From positions 64,001-128,000 of IMG/VR virus record IMGVR_UViG_3300035670_000019: a stretch of DNA of 64,000 nucleotides. One strand, given 5' to 3'. The notes under the pieces were generated by a model. That model was not told the DNA's origin. It was given only the letters and a program-made list of their open reading frames with translations, and did not search any database. Shown here in pieces: positions 39,150 to 48,892 of this stretch. The translations under genes and the position numbers were made by a program. This stretch comes from a virus. Each line of letters begins with the position of its first letter. Position 1 is the first letter of the stretch.

Positions 39150-39782
39150 ATGAAAATAAGTTATGGTTTAACAGTTTGTAATGAGCATCAAGAATTATTA
39201 AATCTTATTACATATTTAGAAAATAAAATAGATCATGAAGATGAAATAGTTGTTGTTTATGATCAAAATAGAGTCACTGATGAAGTAATAAATATATTAG
39301 AAAAACATAAAGAAAAAATACATTATTACCCATTTAATTTCCAACAAAATTTCTTAGAAAACAAAAACTATTTAGGTTCTAAATGTACTGGAGATTATAT
39401 TTTTCAGATTGATGCTGATGAAATTCCAGAAGAATTCCTTATTCAAAATCTAAAATCAGTATTAGAATTAAATCCAGTTGAGTGTCTTATTATACCTAGA
39501 AAAAATTTAGTTGAAGGTTTAACCCAAGAACATATTCATAAATGGAAATGGAATGTAAATGAAAAAGGATGGGTAAATTGGCCTGATCCTCAAAAACGTG
39601 TCTATAAAAATGATCCTAAAATACAATGGTCAGGACATCAAGTTCATGGTATGGTTGAAGGATATAAAACTTTTGTAGCTTTACCATTTGAAGAAGAATG
39701 GAGTATTATTCATAATAAAACTATTGATCGTCAAGAGAAACAAAATGAACGTTACACTAAAATAGATTTAAAACAAATATGA
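39150..39782 (+). CDS. Glycosyltransferase family 2-like
   Basis: ISYGLTVCNE, YIFQIDADE (DxD), WPDPQ, VH. Confidence 0.8.
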   Translation: MKISYGLTVCNEHQELLNLITYLENKIDHEDEIVVVYDQNRVTDEVINILEKHKEKIHYYPFNFQQNFLENKNYLGSKCTGDYIFQIDADEIPEEFLIQNLKSVLELNPVECLIIPRKNLVEGLTQEHIHKWKWNVNEKGWVNWPDPQKRVYKNDPKIQWSGHQVHGMVEGYKTFVALPFEEEWSIIHNKTIDRQEKQNERYTKIDLKQI

Positions 39783-40597
39783 AAAAAATAGCAATCACTG
39801 TTTTAGCTAAAGGTTATCCTTATGAAAATATGTATGAATCTAATTTAATTAGGCGAAACATGTATTTAGAGCAAACCCTATTATCTTATGATAAGAGTAA
39901 TTATGACTTTATAATTGTTCATGAAGGTAATATCACTAAAGAACATCAAGATTATATATCACAGTATACTCCTAATTTAGATATTATTTTTTGGAACATA
40001 AAAGATATTGAACCAAAAAATGCTTTTGATGATAGTAAAAATATAGTTAATCAATTATGTCCACCTAATCATTTTACTTCAAATTTCTTTGTGGGATATA
40101 AACATATGTGTCACTTTTGGTCAATAGATTTTTTAGAGTATTTTAAAAATTATAAGTATATAGTGCGAGTAGATGATGATTGTTTTGTTGATCAATTTGA
40201 CTTAAGTATATTAGACATGATGGAAAAAGAAAATATATTATTTGCTTCCCCAATGTTTCAAGGTCAAGATGATCCTTTAGTAGTTAATGGTTTAGAAAAA
40301 TTTAGAGAAAAATTTACCGCAGAAAACTCAATTTCTATAAAAACTCCATTTAATGAGATAAAATGTCCTTATACTAATTTCATGATAGTAGATATTGAGA
40401 ATATAAATAAAAATAATCTTATTAAATCATTTTTAAATGAAATTGATAAATGCAGTTGCATTTATAGTAATAGGTGGGGTGATCTTCCTATTTGGGGTAT
40501 GATTTTAGATCTATTTCTTAATAAATCAGAATATAAAGAAATAAAAGAAATTAAATACTATCATGGTAGTCATAATACATTAATAAATTTTAATTAA
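39779..40597 (+). CDS. GT15-like (Kre2/Mnt1 alpha-1,2-mannosyltransferase-like) glycosyltransferase
   Basis: GYKHMCHFW, YIVRVDDD, YTNF and IYSNRWGDLPIW resemble GT15 YRHMCRF, YWRVE and RWGDAP motifs. Confidence 0.65.
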   Translation: MKKIAITVLAKGYPYENMYESNLIRRNMYLEQTLLSYDKSNYDFIIVHEGNITKEHQDYISQYTPNLDIIFWNIKDIEPKNAFDDSKNIVNQLCPPNHFTSNFFVGYKHMCHFWSIDFLEYFKNYKYIVRVDDDCFVDQFDLSILDMMEKENILFASPMFQGQDDPLVVNGLEKFREKFTAENSISIKTPFNEIKCPYTNFMIVDIENINKNNLIKSFLNEIDKCSCIYSNRWGDLPIWGMILDLFLNKSEYKEIKEIKYYHGSHNTLINFN

Positions 40598-40606
40598 ATC
40601 TAACTA

Positions 40607-41395
40607 ATGAAAATAGATAGAGCAATTTTAATATCAGATAATAATCCATTATATTATTCTTTTTGGAATAATTTATCAAAAACATATAAAGAAAAATTTA
40701 ATATTAACCCAACTTTAATATTTTTTGGAACTCAAGAAGAATTAGAAACAGCTAATCTGTCTACTAAATATGGTAATATTATTATAGAAACTTCAGTGAA
40801 TAATGTATTACCATGGCAATACACTTGGGCTTTATTTTACTATACAAAATTTTACCTTAATGAAGTTTGTGTTATTATGGGGATTGATCAAATACCTTTA
40901 GGTACATATTTTTTAAAAGATATTATTCAAGATGTTAATGATGATCAATATGTTATGTTAATTGATGACCAATATACTTTAGAAAACAAATTCCCAAAAA
41001 AGTGGGACCAAGGAGGATTTAGCCCATCTGCTTATCATATAGCTAAAGGAAGTACATTTAATAGTATATATAATTTTGAAGATTCTTTTGAAAAAGAAAT
41101 TAAAAAAATAAATTCATTAAATATACCCACAATGTGGATTGATGGTTGGGGTACAGATGAAGCGTATAGTTCAAAAATGTTAAGAGAATATCACAATAGA
41201 GATAGAATATCTGATTTGAGTGCTTCTGATTCTTTTTTAAAAAGACGAATAGATTGCCATAGACATAATGAAGTACCATATGATATAAATTTATTAAATT
41301 CTAATTATTTTATTGAATGTCATGCTTGTAGACCTTATGAACATCATCAACAGTATTTAGATACTTTATTTAATAATATACCTAAATTTAATTAA
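40607..41395 (+). CDS. Putative glycosyltransferase (GT-A-like)
   Basis: GIDQIPL, WGTDE, IECH; located in the glycan island. Confidence 0.45.
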   Translation: MKIDRAILISDNNPLYYSFWNNLSKTYKEKFNINPTLIFFGTQEELETANLSTKYGNIIIETSVNNVLPWQYTWALFYYTKFYLNEVCVIMGIDQIPLGTYFLKDIIQDVNDDQYVMLIDDQYTLENKFPKKWDQGGFSPSAYHIAKGSTFNSIYNFEDSFEKEIKKINSLNIPTMWIDGWGTDEAYSSKMLREYHNRDRISDLSASDSFLKRRIDCHRHNEVPYDINLLNSNYFIECHACRPYEHHQQYLDTLFNNIPKFN

Positions 41396-41396
41396 A

Positions 41397-41864
41397 ATGA
41401 AAAATTACTTTTTTCATGAAACATCAATAATTGAAAGTGATAATATTGGTGAAGGTACTAAAATATGGGCTTTTAGCCATATATGTAAAGAATCTATTAT
41501 AGGTAAAAATTGTGTGATAGGTGAAGGTGTTTATATTGGCCCTAAAGTTATTATTGGAGATAATTGTAAAATCCAAAATAATTCTTTAATCTATGAAGGT
41601 GTAATCTTAGAAGATAATGTTTTTTTAGGACCTAACACTGTGACTACAAATGATCATAAACCTAAAGTAGATGGAGATTGGAAAAATTCTGATAGATTTA
41701 GATCAACATTATTTAAAAAAGGATGTTCTATAGGAGCAAATAGTGTCATTATTTGTGGAATAACAATCGGAGAAAATAGCTTAATAGGAGCTGGCTCAGT
41801 TATCACAAAAGACATTCCAGATAATAGCCTAGCATATGGTAACCCAGCTAAAATTAAAAAATAA
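41397..41864 (+). CDS. Hexapeptide-repeat sugar N-acetyltransferase (WbpD/WlbB-like)
   Basis: [42 protein letters not shown]. Confidence 0.85.
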   Translation: MKNYFFHETSIIESDNIGEGTKIWAFSHICKESIIGKNCVIGEGVYIGPKVIIGDNCKIQNNSLIYEGVILEDNVFLGPNTVTTNDHKPKVDGDWKNSDRFRSTLFKKGCSIGANSVIICGITIGENSLIGAGSVITKDIPDNSLAYGNPAKIKK

Positions 41865-41869
41865 CAATT

Positions 41870-42883
41870 ATGAGTAAATATAAAGTAGCTATTATTGGAT
41901 GTGGAGCAATTTTACCTAGACATTTAGAATCAATAGAAATGAATGATGATTTTGAATTAGTAGGATTATGTGATATTCAAGAAGATTTAGTTAAAAATTT
42001 AGGAGAAAAATTAAAAGTTAAAAGTTTTATAAATTTTAAAGAATTAATTGATAGTAAAATTGCTAATTTTATAACAATAGCAACTCCAAATTCACTTCAT
42101 ATTGATCAAGCTATATATGCTTTAGAAAATGGATGTGATGTTCTTATAGAAAAACCTGTAGCTTTTAGTGAGCAAGAAGTTGAAGAGATTATTCAAACTG
42201 CTAAAAATAATAACCAAAAAGCATATTGTGTATTACAAGTTAGATTAAACCCAACTGTGTCTTTATTAAAAGAAGTTTTAGATCTAAATTTACTAGGAAA
42301 AATAAGATCAGTTAATTTTATACAAAGATGGCAAAGACCATTTGAATATTTTACTGGGTGGAGAGCATTACCTAATGTTGGAGGAGGAACATTATATGAG
42401 GTAGGAATTCATTATTTAGATGTTTTACAAAAGTTATTTGGTAAACCTAAAGTTCATTCTTCAATTGTGTATTCAACTAAACATACTAATGTGGATATTG
42501 AAGACACTATTTATAGTATTTTTGATTTTGGAGAATTTGGTGGAACATGTGAAGTCACAATAGCGGCAGAACCAAGAAATTTAGAATGCTCATTAAGTGT
42601 ATTAGGAGCAAATGGTTATCTGAAATTAGGAGGTAAAGCCCTTAACATTGTAGAATCAGCTAATTTCTTAAGTCAAGGAAGCCAAAACAAATTTGATGAT
42701 ATAATTAAGAATTATAATATTAATACTGAACCTAATAATTATGGCTCATATCAAGGATCATGTCCAAACCATCCTTACGTCTACCAGAACCTAAATGAAT
42801 TTGAAATAACAGAGACAGTAAATGTTATTTCCCTTATTGATGAAATTTATAAATACTCAAACATCCAATACCAAAGAAACTAA
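41870..42883 (+). CDS. Gfo/Idh/MocA oxidoreductase (WbpB/WlbA-like sugar 3-dehydrogenase)
   Basis: IIGCGAI, ATPNSLH, LIEKP, QVRLNP, GGGTL...IHYLD. Confidence 0.85.
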   Translation: MSKYKVAIIGCGAILPRHLESIEMNDDFELVGLCDIQEDLVKNLGEKLKVKSFINFKELIDSKIANFITIATPNSLHIDQAIYALENGCDVLIEKPVAFSEQEVEEIIQTAKNNNQKAYCVLQVRLNPTVSLLKEVLDLNLLGKIRSVNFIQRWQRPFEYFTGWRALPNVGGGTLYEVGIHYLDVLQKLFGKPKVHSSIVYSTKHTNVDIEDTIYSIFDFGEFGGTCEVTIAAEPRNLECSLSVLGANGYLKLGGKALNIVESANFLSQGSQNKFDDIIKNYNINTEPNNYGSYQGSCPNHPYVYQNLNEFEITETVNVISLIDEIYKYSNIQYQRN

Positions 42884-43686
42884 TGATTAATCATAATCTA
42901 ATACAAATGTCAAGATTTTGTAATGATTTACATGACGATGAAAGAATTATTTTTTGTAAAACTGATTTTATTTTAAATGAATTTGAACGTATAAAAAATT
43001 TAAATAAAAAAGTTATATTAATAATTGCAAACAGTGATTATAGTGTTACTGAAGAAATCATGTCTATGTGTCCTTCAAATGTTGAGCATGTCTTTGCAAC
43101 TAACACAACTTGTTACTCTGATAGAGTCACTCCATTACCTATTGGAGTCGAAATTGAAGAACTAACTAAAAGGCCAGGCCATGGAATGATTAACCCAGGT
43201 ATTTTTGAAAAAAAACCTTACCTTTTAGGGGAAATTAAAATTAAAACTACAGAAATATTAGATAAAATATATTCAAATTTTAATACCCATACTAATCCAT
43301 CAGTTAGAGTTCCACTTAAAAACCATACATTATCTAATGATATTTTTTTAAATAAAGAAGGTCTTACATATCATGATTTTGTAAAAGATGTTAAGAGTAC
43401 TATAGCGACTTTATCTCCAAGAGGAAATGGTATTGAATGTATTAGAACATATGAAGTTTTATATCTAAATTCAATACCAATTGTGTATGGTGATTATAAA
43501 GAATATAAAGCAATTAATGAAAAAATTTATAAAAACTTACCAATAGTTTTTATTGATGATATCACAGAATTTAAAGATTTTAATAAAATAGAAAATAAAA
43601 TAAAAAATGTTAAAAATAATAGTTTAGAAACTTTAGATTACTATTATTGGGTTGACAAAATTAATAAAACCGCTTATAAAATTTAA
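42883..43686 (+). CDS. Exostosin-like (GT47-like) glycosyltransferase
   Basis: PLPIG, YSNF...TN, LSPRGNGIECIRTYEVLYLNSIPIV. Confidence 0.6.
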   Translation: MINHNLIQMSRFCNDLHDDERIIFCKTDFILNEFERIKNLNKKVILIIANSDYSVTEEIMSMCPSNVEHVFATNTTCYSDRVTPLPIGVEIEELTKRPGHGMINPGIFEKKPYLLGEIKIKTTEILDKIYSNFNTHTNPSVRVPLKNHTLSNDIFLNKEGLTYHDFVKDVKSTIATLSPRGNGIECIRTYEVLYLNSIPIVYGDYKEYKAINEKIYKNLPIVFIDDITEFKDFNKIENKIKNVKNNSLETLDYYYWVDKINKTAYKI

Positions 43687-43701
43687 AAAATAACTAATAA
43701 A

Positions 43702-44304
43702 ATGGGAGCACAAAACAACATTGATGGTATAATACTGAAAAACATAGGTAATACCGGATTTTTCATTGAAGCCGGTGGTTCGGACCCTAATGACCAAAAT
43801 AACACCAGTTTACTAGAATCTTCAGGATGGAAAGGAATGATTATAGAACCAAAAACTGAATTTAATAGTTCCTATCAAAGATTTAGACCAAACTCAATAC
43901 TTGAAAATTATGTACTAGTTAGCTCAGAATATAGTGAGTCGACAATCGATGGAGATTTCTCACATTATATGATGGGAGGTGTTGTAAACACTCATAACTT
44001 CCAAAATTGGTCACCGGCTTCATACCCATGTATTACTTTAGATACATTATTAAAAAAACATAACATAAGTGAAGTTACATTTTTTTCATTAGATGTTGAG
44101 GGATATGAAATTGAGGTATTAAATGGAATCAACTTTAATGATGTGTTTTTTCATGTTTTAGTTATTGAAAATCATGAACAAAAAGGAGTTAAAGATGACT
44201 TTTCATTTTTAGAAAATTTTGGATTTGATAGGAAATTTGTCATCAGTCAACATGAATTTTTTATAAATAAAGAATCTAAATACTATAATAATTTTTTATT
44301 ATAA
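43702..44304 (+). CDS. FkbM-family methyltransferase
   Basis: GFFIEAG...NNT..LE..GWKGMIIEP, TLDTLL, FSLDVEGYE. Confidence 0.85.
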   Translation: MGAQNNIDGIILKNIGNTGFFIEAGGSDPNDQNNTSLLESSGWKGMIIEPKTEFNSSYQRFRPNSILENYVLVSSEYSESTIDGDFSHYMMGGVVNTHNFQNWSPASYPCITLDTLLKKHNISEVTFFSLDVEGYEIEVLNGINFNDVFFHVLVIENHEQKGVKDDFSFLENFGFDRKFVISQHEFFINKESKYYNNFLL

Positions 44305-44317
44305 AAATATAATACTT

Positions 44318-45025
44318 ATGAAAATTCATTTATTAGTAGATTATTATAAAAATCCACGTCCTGAACGAGCTGAAGAATTAGATTTTTGTTTTAATGAAAA
44401 TATAAATTCTAAAGAATTTGATTATATTCATATATTTCAAGAATCTCCTTTACCCATAAAAAATATACCTTCTAAAGTTAATGTCACTCCAATAACAAAA
44501 AGATTAACTTACCAATATTATTTTGATTATGCTAAACAAAATATACCTCAAGATGATATTGTTATATTAAGCAACTCAGATATATTCTTTGACGAGTCTA
44601 TTTCAATAGTTAAAGAATTAGATCTATCAAATAAAGTATTAGCTTTAACTAGATTTTGTCCATATCATGGACATTGGGTTAATGAATTAGGTGAAGTAAT
44701 TCCTTATGCTATACATAATAGATCTCAAGATGTTTGGATTTGGAAAAATCCTTTAGATACAAAAAATATTGATTTTAATTTTAATATAGGTGTATTAGGT
44801 TGTGATAATAAAATAGCTTATCAATTACATCAAGCTAACTATCAAGTTTGGAACCCCAGTTATTCTATCATATGTTATCATAAGCATAAAGAAAGAGATG
44901 ATGATAAAGATCTCCATAAATCAAAACCTAAACAATGGCTCCCAGGGCCTTATTTATTCCCTGATGCTTGTTCTATAGAACATATGATAGATAAAAATTA
45001 TAAATCTTATATAAATTTTAATTAA
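44318..45025 (+). CDS. Putative glycosyltransferase (GT-A-like)
   Basis: LSNSDIFFD, ALTR, SQDVWIW, GCDNKIA, H.H. Confidence 0.5.
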   Translation: MKIHLLVDYYKNPRPERAEELDFCFNENINSKEFDYIHIFQESPLPIKNIPSKVNVTPITKRLTYQYYFDYAKQNIPQDDIVILSNSDIFFDESISIVKELDLSNKVLALTRFCPYHGHWVNELGEVIPYAIHNRSQDVWIWKNPLDTKNIDFNFNIGVLGCDNKIAYQLHQANYQVWNPSYSIICYHKHKERDDDKDLHKSKPKQWLPGPYLFPDACSIEHMIDKNYKSYINFN

Positions 45026-45036
45026 AAAATAAAATT

Positions 45037-45621
45037 ATGATAAACTTAGAAGAAAAAGTAAATGAACTTTATACAACACCATCTGATATTAATGAACATT
45101 TCCCAGCTATAATTAAATATGGTAGTGAATGTGAAACTATTACTGAGATGGGAGTTAGAGGTATTGTCTCAACTTGGGGATGGTTAGCGTGTGCTCCTAA
45201 AAAATTAATATCATATGATATTCATAATCCTGCAAAGTGGGGAGGAGATATTCAAAGTGTTTATGACACTGCTGCAGCTTATAATTTAAATTTTGAATTT
45301 AAGATAGCTGATGTATTAAAAATAGAAATTGATGAAACAGATTTATTGTTTATTGATACATGGCATGCATATGATCAATTAAAACAAGAATTAAAAATTC
45401 ATTCTGATAAGGTAAAAAAATACATTTGTTTCCATGATACTACTTCTTATGAGTTTAATGATGAACCTAAAAACCATGAAAACACCTGGGAAGGACAATC
45501 CTCAGGGAAAGGAATTTGGCCAGCTATTGAAGAATTTCTTATGGAAAATAATGACACTTGGATATTAAAAGAACGCTTTAAGAACAATAATGGATTCACT
45601 GTAATAGAAAGAATTAAATGA
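45037..45621 (+). CDS. Class I SAM-dependent methyltransferase (Methyltransf_24-like)
   Basis: EMGVRGIVST, LFIDTWH, ICFHDT, GIWPAIEEF, NNGFTV. Confidence 0.8.
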   Translation: MINLEEKVNELYTTPSDINEHFPAIIKYGSECETITEMGVRGIVSTWGWLACAPKKLISYDIHNPAKWGGDIQSVYDTAAAYNLNFEFKIADVLKIEIDETDLLFIDTWHAYDQLKQELKIHSDKVKKYICFHDTTSYEFNDEPKNHENTWEGQSSGKGIWPAIEEFLMENNDTWILKERFKNNNGFTVIERIK

Positions 45622-46313
45622 AAATAATTTATAGAATAAGTGACACTGGTTATAATAAAATTAAACCAACCTATATTAATAATGAAGCTTGTTTAAAAAA
45701 CTTCTGTAATGTATTCTTTGAATATATCCATGATATACTAATTGTGGCAGATAATTGCAGTGAAACAACAATTACTATGATTAACAAATACATTGATCCA
45801 ATCAATATAGTTAAAGTATCAGTTGGTCATGGTGCTGGTACATTCAACCTAGCTTTAGACCAAGCACTTAAACTAGACGACAATGAGCTAGTATATTTCC
45901 TGGAAAACGACTACCTACATAAACATGGAAGTCCAGAAGTCCTAAGAGAAGGATTTGAATTAGGAGCATCCTTCGTATCCCTATACGATCATCCTGATAA
46001 GTACATAGACCCCAGCATAGGAGGAAACCCCTATTGTGGAGGTGGTGCTGAGGATACGAGAGTTTATCTAACGAAGTCTTCACATTGGAAGATGACAAAT
46101 AGTACAACTATGACCTTTGCATCTAAGGTGTCTACTTTGAAACGAGTAGAATCTACTCTGAGAAAGTGGACATCAGGTACACACCCTGATGACTTTAAAA
46201 TGTTCTTAGATCTAAGAGCACAAGGAGAGTTTTTAATAACACCTGTTCCAGGATACTCTACTCACGGAGAGACAGCTTGGTTAACCCCTTTAACAGATTG
46301 GAGCACTTTATGA
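45618..46313 (+). CDS. Putative glycosyltransferase (GT2-like)
   Basis: VADN, VYFLENDYLH, STTMTF, STH. Confidence 0.6.
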   Translation: MKIIYRISDTGYNKIKPTYINNEACLKNFCNVFFEYIHDILIVADNCSETTITMINKYIDPINIVKVSVGHGAGTFNLALDQALKLDDNELVYFLENDYLHKHGSPEVLREGFELGASFVSLYDHPDKYIDPSIGGNPYCGGGAEDTRVYLTKSSHWKMTNSTTMTFASKVSTLKRVESTLRKWTSGTHPDDFKMFLDLRAQGEFLITPVPGYSTHGETAWLTPLTDWSTL

Positions 46314-47086
46314 TAAGCGTAATTATACCAACATATAAAGAACCTGAAGCTTTAAATTTATGTCTTCAATCATGTATTGAGGGCCAGGTTAATAAAAACC
46401 AAATTATAGTTGTTGTAGATGGGTTTTATGATTTAAATAAAGAAGTACTTGAAAAATGGGCTGAATATATTGATGTTTTAAACTTAGAACAAAACGTAGG
46501 GTTATGTAGAGGTACTAATTTAGGTGTATATAATGCTCAACATGATAAAATATTAATTGTTAATGATGATAATGTATTTCCTTTAAATTGGGATATTCAC
46601 TTAGAAACAGATTATATTGAAAATTCATTATTAACTCCTAATCAAATTGAACCATATCCTAGTATATTTAATCAATTTCATATTAAGGATTTAGGTAGGT
46701 CAATTGATACATTTGATTTAAAATGTTTTCAAGAATATGAAAAAACTTTAAATGAAATAATTTATAAGAAAACACCTGAAGAAACAGGCTCAACTTTACC
46801 TATATTCATGTCTAAAATGGATTATTTAAAAGTAGGAGGTTGGGATGAAAATTATGAATTAGGTATGGTTGCTGATTGGGATTTCTTTTTAAAATGCCAT
46901 CTATCAGGATTAAAAATGCTTAGAACCTACAACTGCCATTTCTATCATTTTGTATCATTATCCACTACAACCCCAGAAAAATTAACTTATAGACAACAAT
47001 CTGAACAAAATGGTCATGAGTATGCTAAATATAAATGGGGTAGTTATATTAAACATAATCCCCAAAATAATTTGAAATCTTTATAA
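46310..47086 (+). CDS. Glycosyltransferase family 2
   Basis: MISVIIPTY, VVVDG, VNDDNVF, VGGWDE, DWDF. ATG at 46310 (ATGA overlap) preferred. Confidence 0.85.
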   Translation: MISVIIPTYKEPEALNLCLQSCIEGQVNKNQIIVVVDGFYDLNKEVLEKWAEYIDVLNLEQNVGLCRGTNLGVYNAQHDKILIVNDDNVFPLNWDIHLETDYIENSLLTPNQIEPYPSIFNQFHIKDLGRSIDTFDLKCFQEYEKTLNEIIYKKTPEETGSTLPIFMSKMDYLKVGGWDENYELGMVADWDFFLKCHLSGLKMLRTYNCHFYHFVSLSTTTPEKLTYRQQSEQNGHEYAKYKWGSYIKHNPQNNLKSL

Positions 47087-47091
47087 TTAGT

Positions 47092-47120
47092 TTGGCTTTC
47101 TAATTTCTTGATGTTATCTT
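47092..47120 (+). promoter_or_regulatory. Class 1 promoter-like motif TTGGCT-N17-TATCTT
   Basis: Closely similar to the copies at 49654 and 51907 (TTTGGCTTTC...TTGATGTTAT). Confidence 0.65.
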
Positions 47121-47138
47121 TAGTAAAAATTAAGATAC

Positions 47139-47321
47139 ATGGAATACAATCATAGTAATTATTATTTTTACTCACATTTAGATCCTAATAAAGAACCTAT
47201 TGGTACATGTCGAGCAGGTACTTTAGGTATAGCAACTTATTATTTTGCATCTATGAAGAGTATGAATGTTGAAGAGTTTTTAAAATTATATTCTATAAGT
47301 ATAAAAAATGAATCTAAATAA
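47139..47321 (+). CDS. Hypothetical protein
   Basis: 60 aa ORF after the promoter motif. Confidence 0.5.
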   Translation: MEYNHSNYYFYSHLDPNKEPIGTCRAGTLGIATYYFASMKSMNVEEFLKLYSISIKNESK

Positions 47322-47697
47322 TTTTGGAAATAGATTAAAAATTAATAGAAACAAACAAACACAAGAAAAAGATGTATTTGTTGAATTTATTAATATGTTA
47401 GATGAATGTTGGGCTAGAACTAATTTTCTTCATGATCATTTAAAAATTGATTTCTATAACTATGAAGAATCATATTATAGTATTATTGAAGATCTTATCT
47501 ATCTCAAGTATGGAGATGAAGTAGGTGCTTTGATTTTATGGTATGTATATGACAGATTTGATTCTGAAGGTAATCTTCAAAAACTAGAAGTAACTATTCC
47601 TGGTAAAGATAAAAAAGTCTATACTCTTAAGACAGCTCTTGATCTTTGGAATCTAATTGATAAAATAAATAAAGCAAACCAAAATAATAATTTATGA
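47308..47697 (+). CDS. Hypothetical protein
   Basis: 129 aa ORF. Confidence 0.6.
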   Translation: MNLNNFGNRLKINRNKQTQEKDVFVEFINMLDECWARTNFLHDHLKIDFYNYEESYYSIIEDLIYLKYGDEVGALILWYVYDRFDSEGNLQKLEVTIPGKDKKVYTLKTALDLWNLIDKINKANQNNNL

Positions 47698-48077
47698 GTA
47701 GACACTGTAAAGTATGTGATGTGATGATTGATCCACGTAGAATTGCTATTCTGCCAGACACCCAAACCTGCACTCAGCATTCAACAGCTGAGAAGAAAGT
47801 AGCAATGGTAGTCCAAATGGGAGAAGGTGATCATACATGGACTGAGACTTATGCTGTGGAAAGAGAAGTGTATGATAAGATTCAAGAAGCAGAAAAGAAT
47901 TTTAGAAAAACAACTAATCCTACTCCTAAAGTAAAAAATAAATTAGTTGAAGAAGATGAATCATCTGTACTTGATAATATTGAGGAAGAAATTAATCTCC
48001 CTTTTGAAAATGAAGTAGATGAGTATGTTGATAATGAAGATGATTATTCAATTGATGACCTTTCAGAAGAAGAATAA
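47694..48077 (+). CDS. DksA/TraR-type zinc finger protein with acidic tail
   Basis: CKVCDVMIDPRRIAILPDTQTCTQH matches C..C...I...R...P....C..C/H. Confidence 0.6.
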   Translation: MSRHCKVCDVMIDPRRIAILPDTQTCTQHSTAEKKVAMVVQMGEGDHTWTETYAVEREVYDKIQEAEKNFRKTTNPTPKVKNKLVEEDESSVLDNIEEEINLPFENEVDEYVDNEDDYSIDDLSEEE

Positions 48078-48721
48078 TGCCTAAAGCAATACATTTAAGT
48101 AAAGAGCAAATTTTAGCAGCAATGGATAAGACAAAATCTGTCCGTGCCGCGGCTCGTTATTTAAATATTTCATACCAGCACCTTAAAAAATGGATGAAGG
48201 TGTATAAGGATGAAAATGGAGTGACCTTATTTGAAGCACATAAAAACCAATCAGGTAAAGGTATTCCTAAATTCTTATCAGCATCTCATTATAATAAAAA
48301 AGAACCAGCGTTATTAGATATACTAGAAGGCAGAGTTAATCCAGCTCACTTCAACCCTCAAAAGATAAAGTATAGAATGATAACTGAGGGTTATTTAAAA
48401 GAAGAATGTTATAATTGCGGATTCCATGAACGTCGAGTATCTGATTATAAAACCCCACTTATCCTACATTTTAAGAATGGTAACAAACAGCATTACTCTT
48501 TAAATAATATGGAGATGTTATGTTACAATTGTTACTATTTGACAGTAGGAGACTTATACACAGACAAACAGCTTGAGGGATTAGAAGACCATAAACCAAT
48601 GAATGAAAGTCATGTTGATTGGGAATTAGATGATTATACTCTCCAACGATTAAAAGAGTTAGGTTTAGATAAATCTCATCCCCCTACCGATGATGGAAGT
48701 GAATTTATTAGTAGGCTTTAA
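48077..48721 (+). CDS. HTH plus degenerate HNH-like zinc-binding protein
   Basis: N-terminal HTH (SVRAAARYLNISY), CYNCG...LILHFKNGN...NMEMLCYNC. Confidence 0.6.
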   Translation: MPKAIHLSKEQILAAMDKTKSVRAAARYLNISYQHLKKWMKVYKDENGVTLFEAHKNQSGKGIPKFLSASHYNKKEPALLDILEGRVNPAHFNPQKIKYRMITEGYLKEECYNCGFHERRVSDYKTPLILHFKNGNKQHYSLNNMEMLCYNCYYLTVGDLYTDKQLEGLEDHKPMNESHVDWELDDYTLQRLKELGLDKSHPPTDDGSEFISRL

Positions 48722-48735
48722 ATATTTATTGATAG

Positions 48736-48891
48736 ATGAAGAAGAAAAAACACGATAGTATTATTAATGATTATGACAAAATTAAGTCTAAACATCTTGA
48801 TAATCTAGCTAGTAAAATGTTAGCTAATGATGAAAAGATGAATAAACTTAAAGGTAAAGATATTAACCCTAAATTTTTAGACTTATTTTAA
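48736..48891 (+). CDS. Small hypothetical protein (not in ORF track)
   Basis: 51 aa MKKKKHDS...FLDLF, class 2 motif at 48722. Confidence 0.55.
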   Translation: MKKKKHDSIINDYDKIKSKHLDNLASKMLANDEKMNKLKGKDINPKFLDLF

Positions 48892-48892
48892 T

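Noticed and set aside
29072-47086. Bacterial chromosome or LPS locus instead of phage DNA
   Set aside because: groEL and the sugar genes are embedded among T4-like clamp, loader and baseplate genes and share the same promoter motifs; there is no flippase, Wzy or other cellular context.
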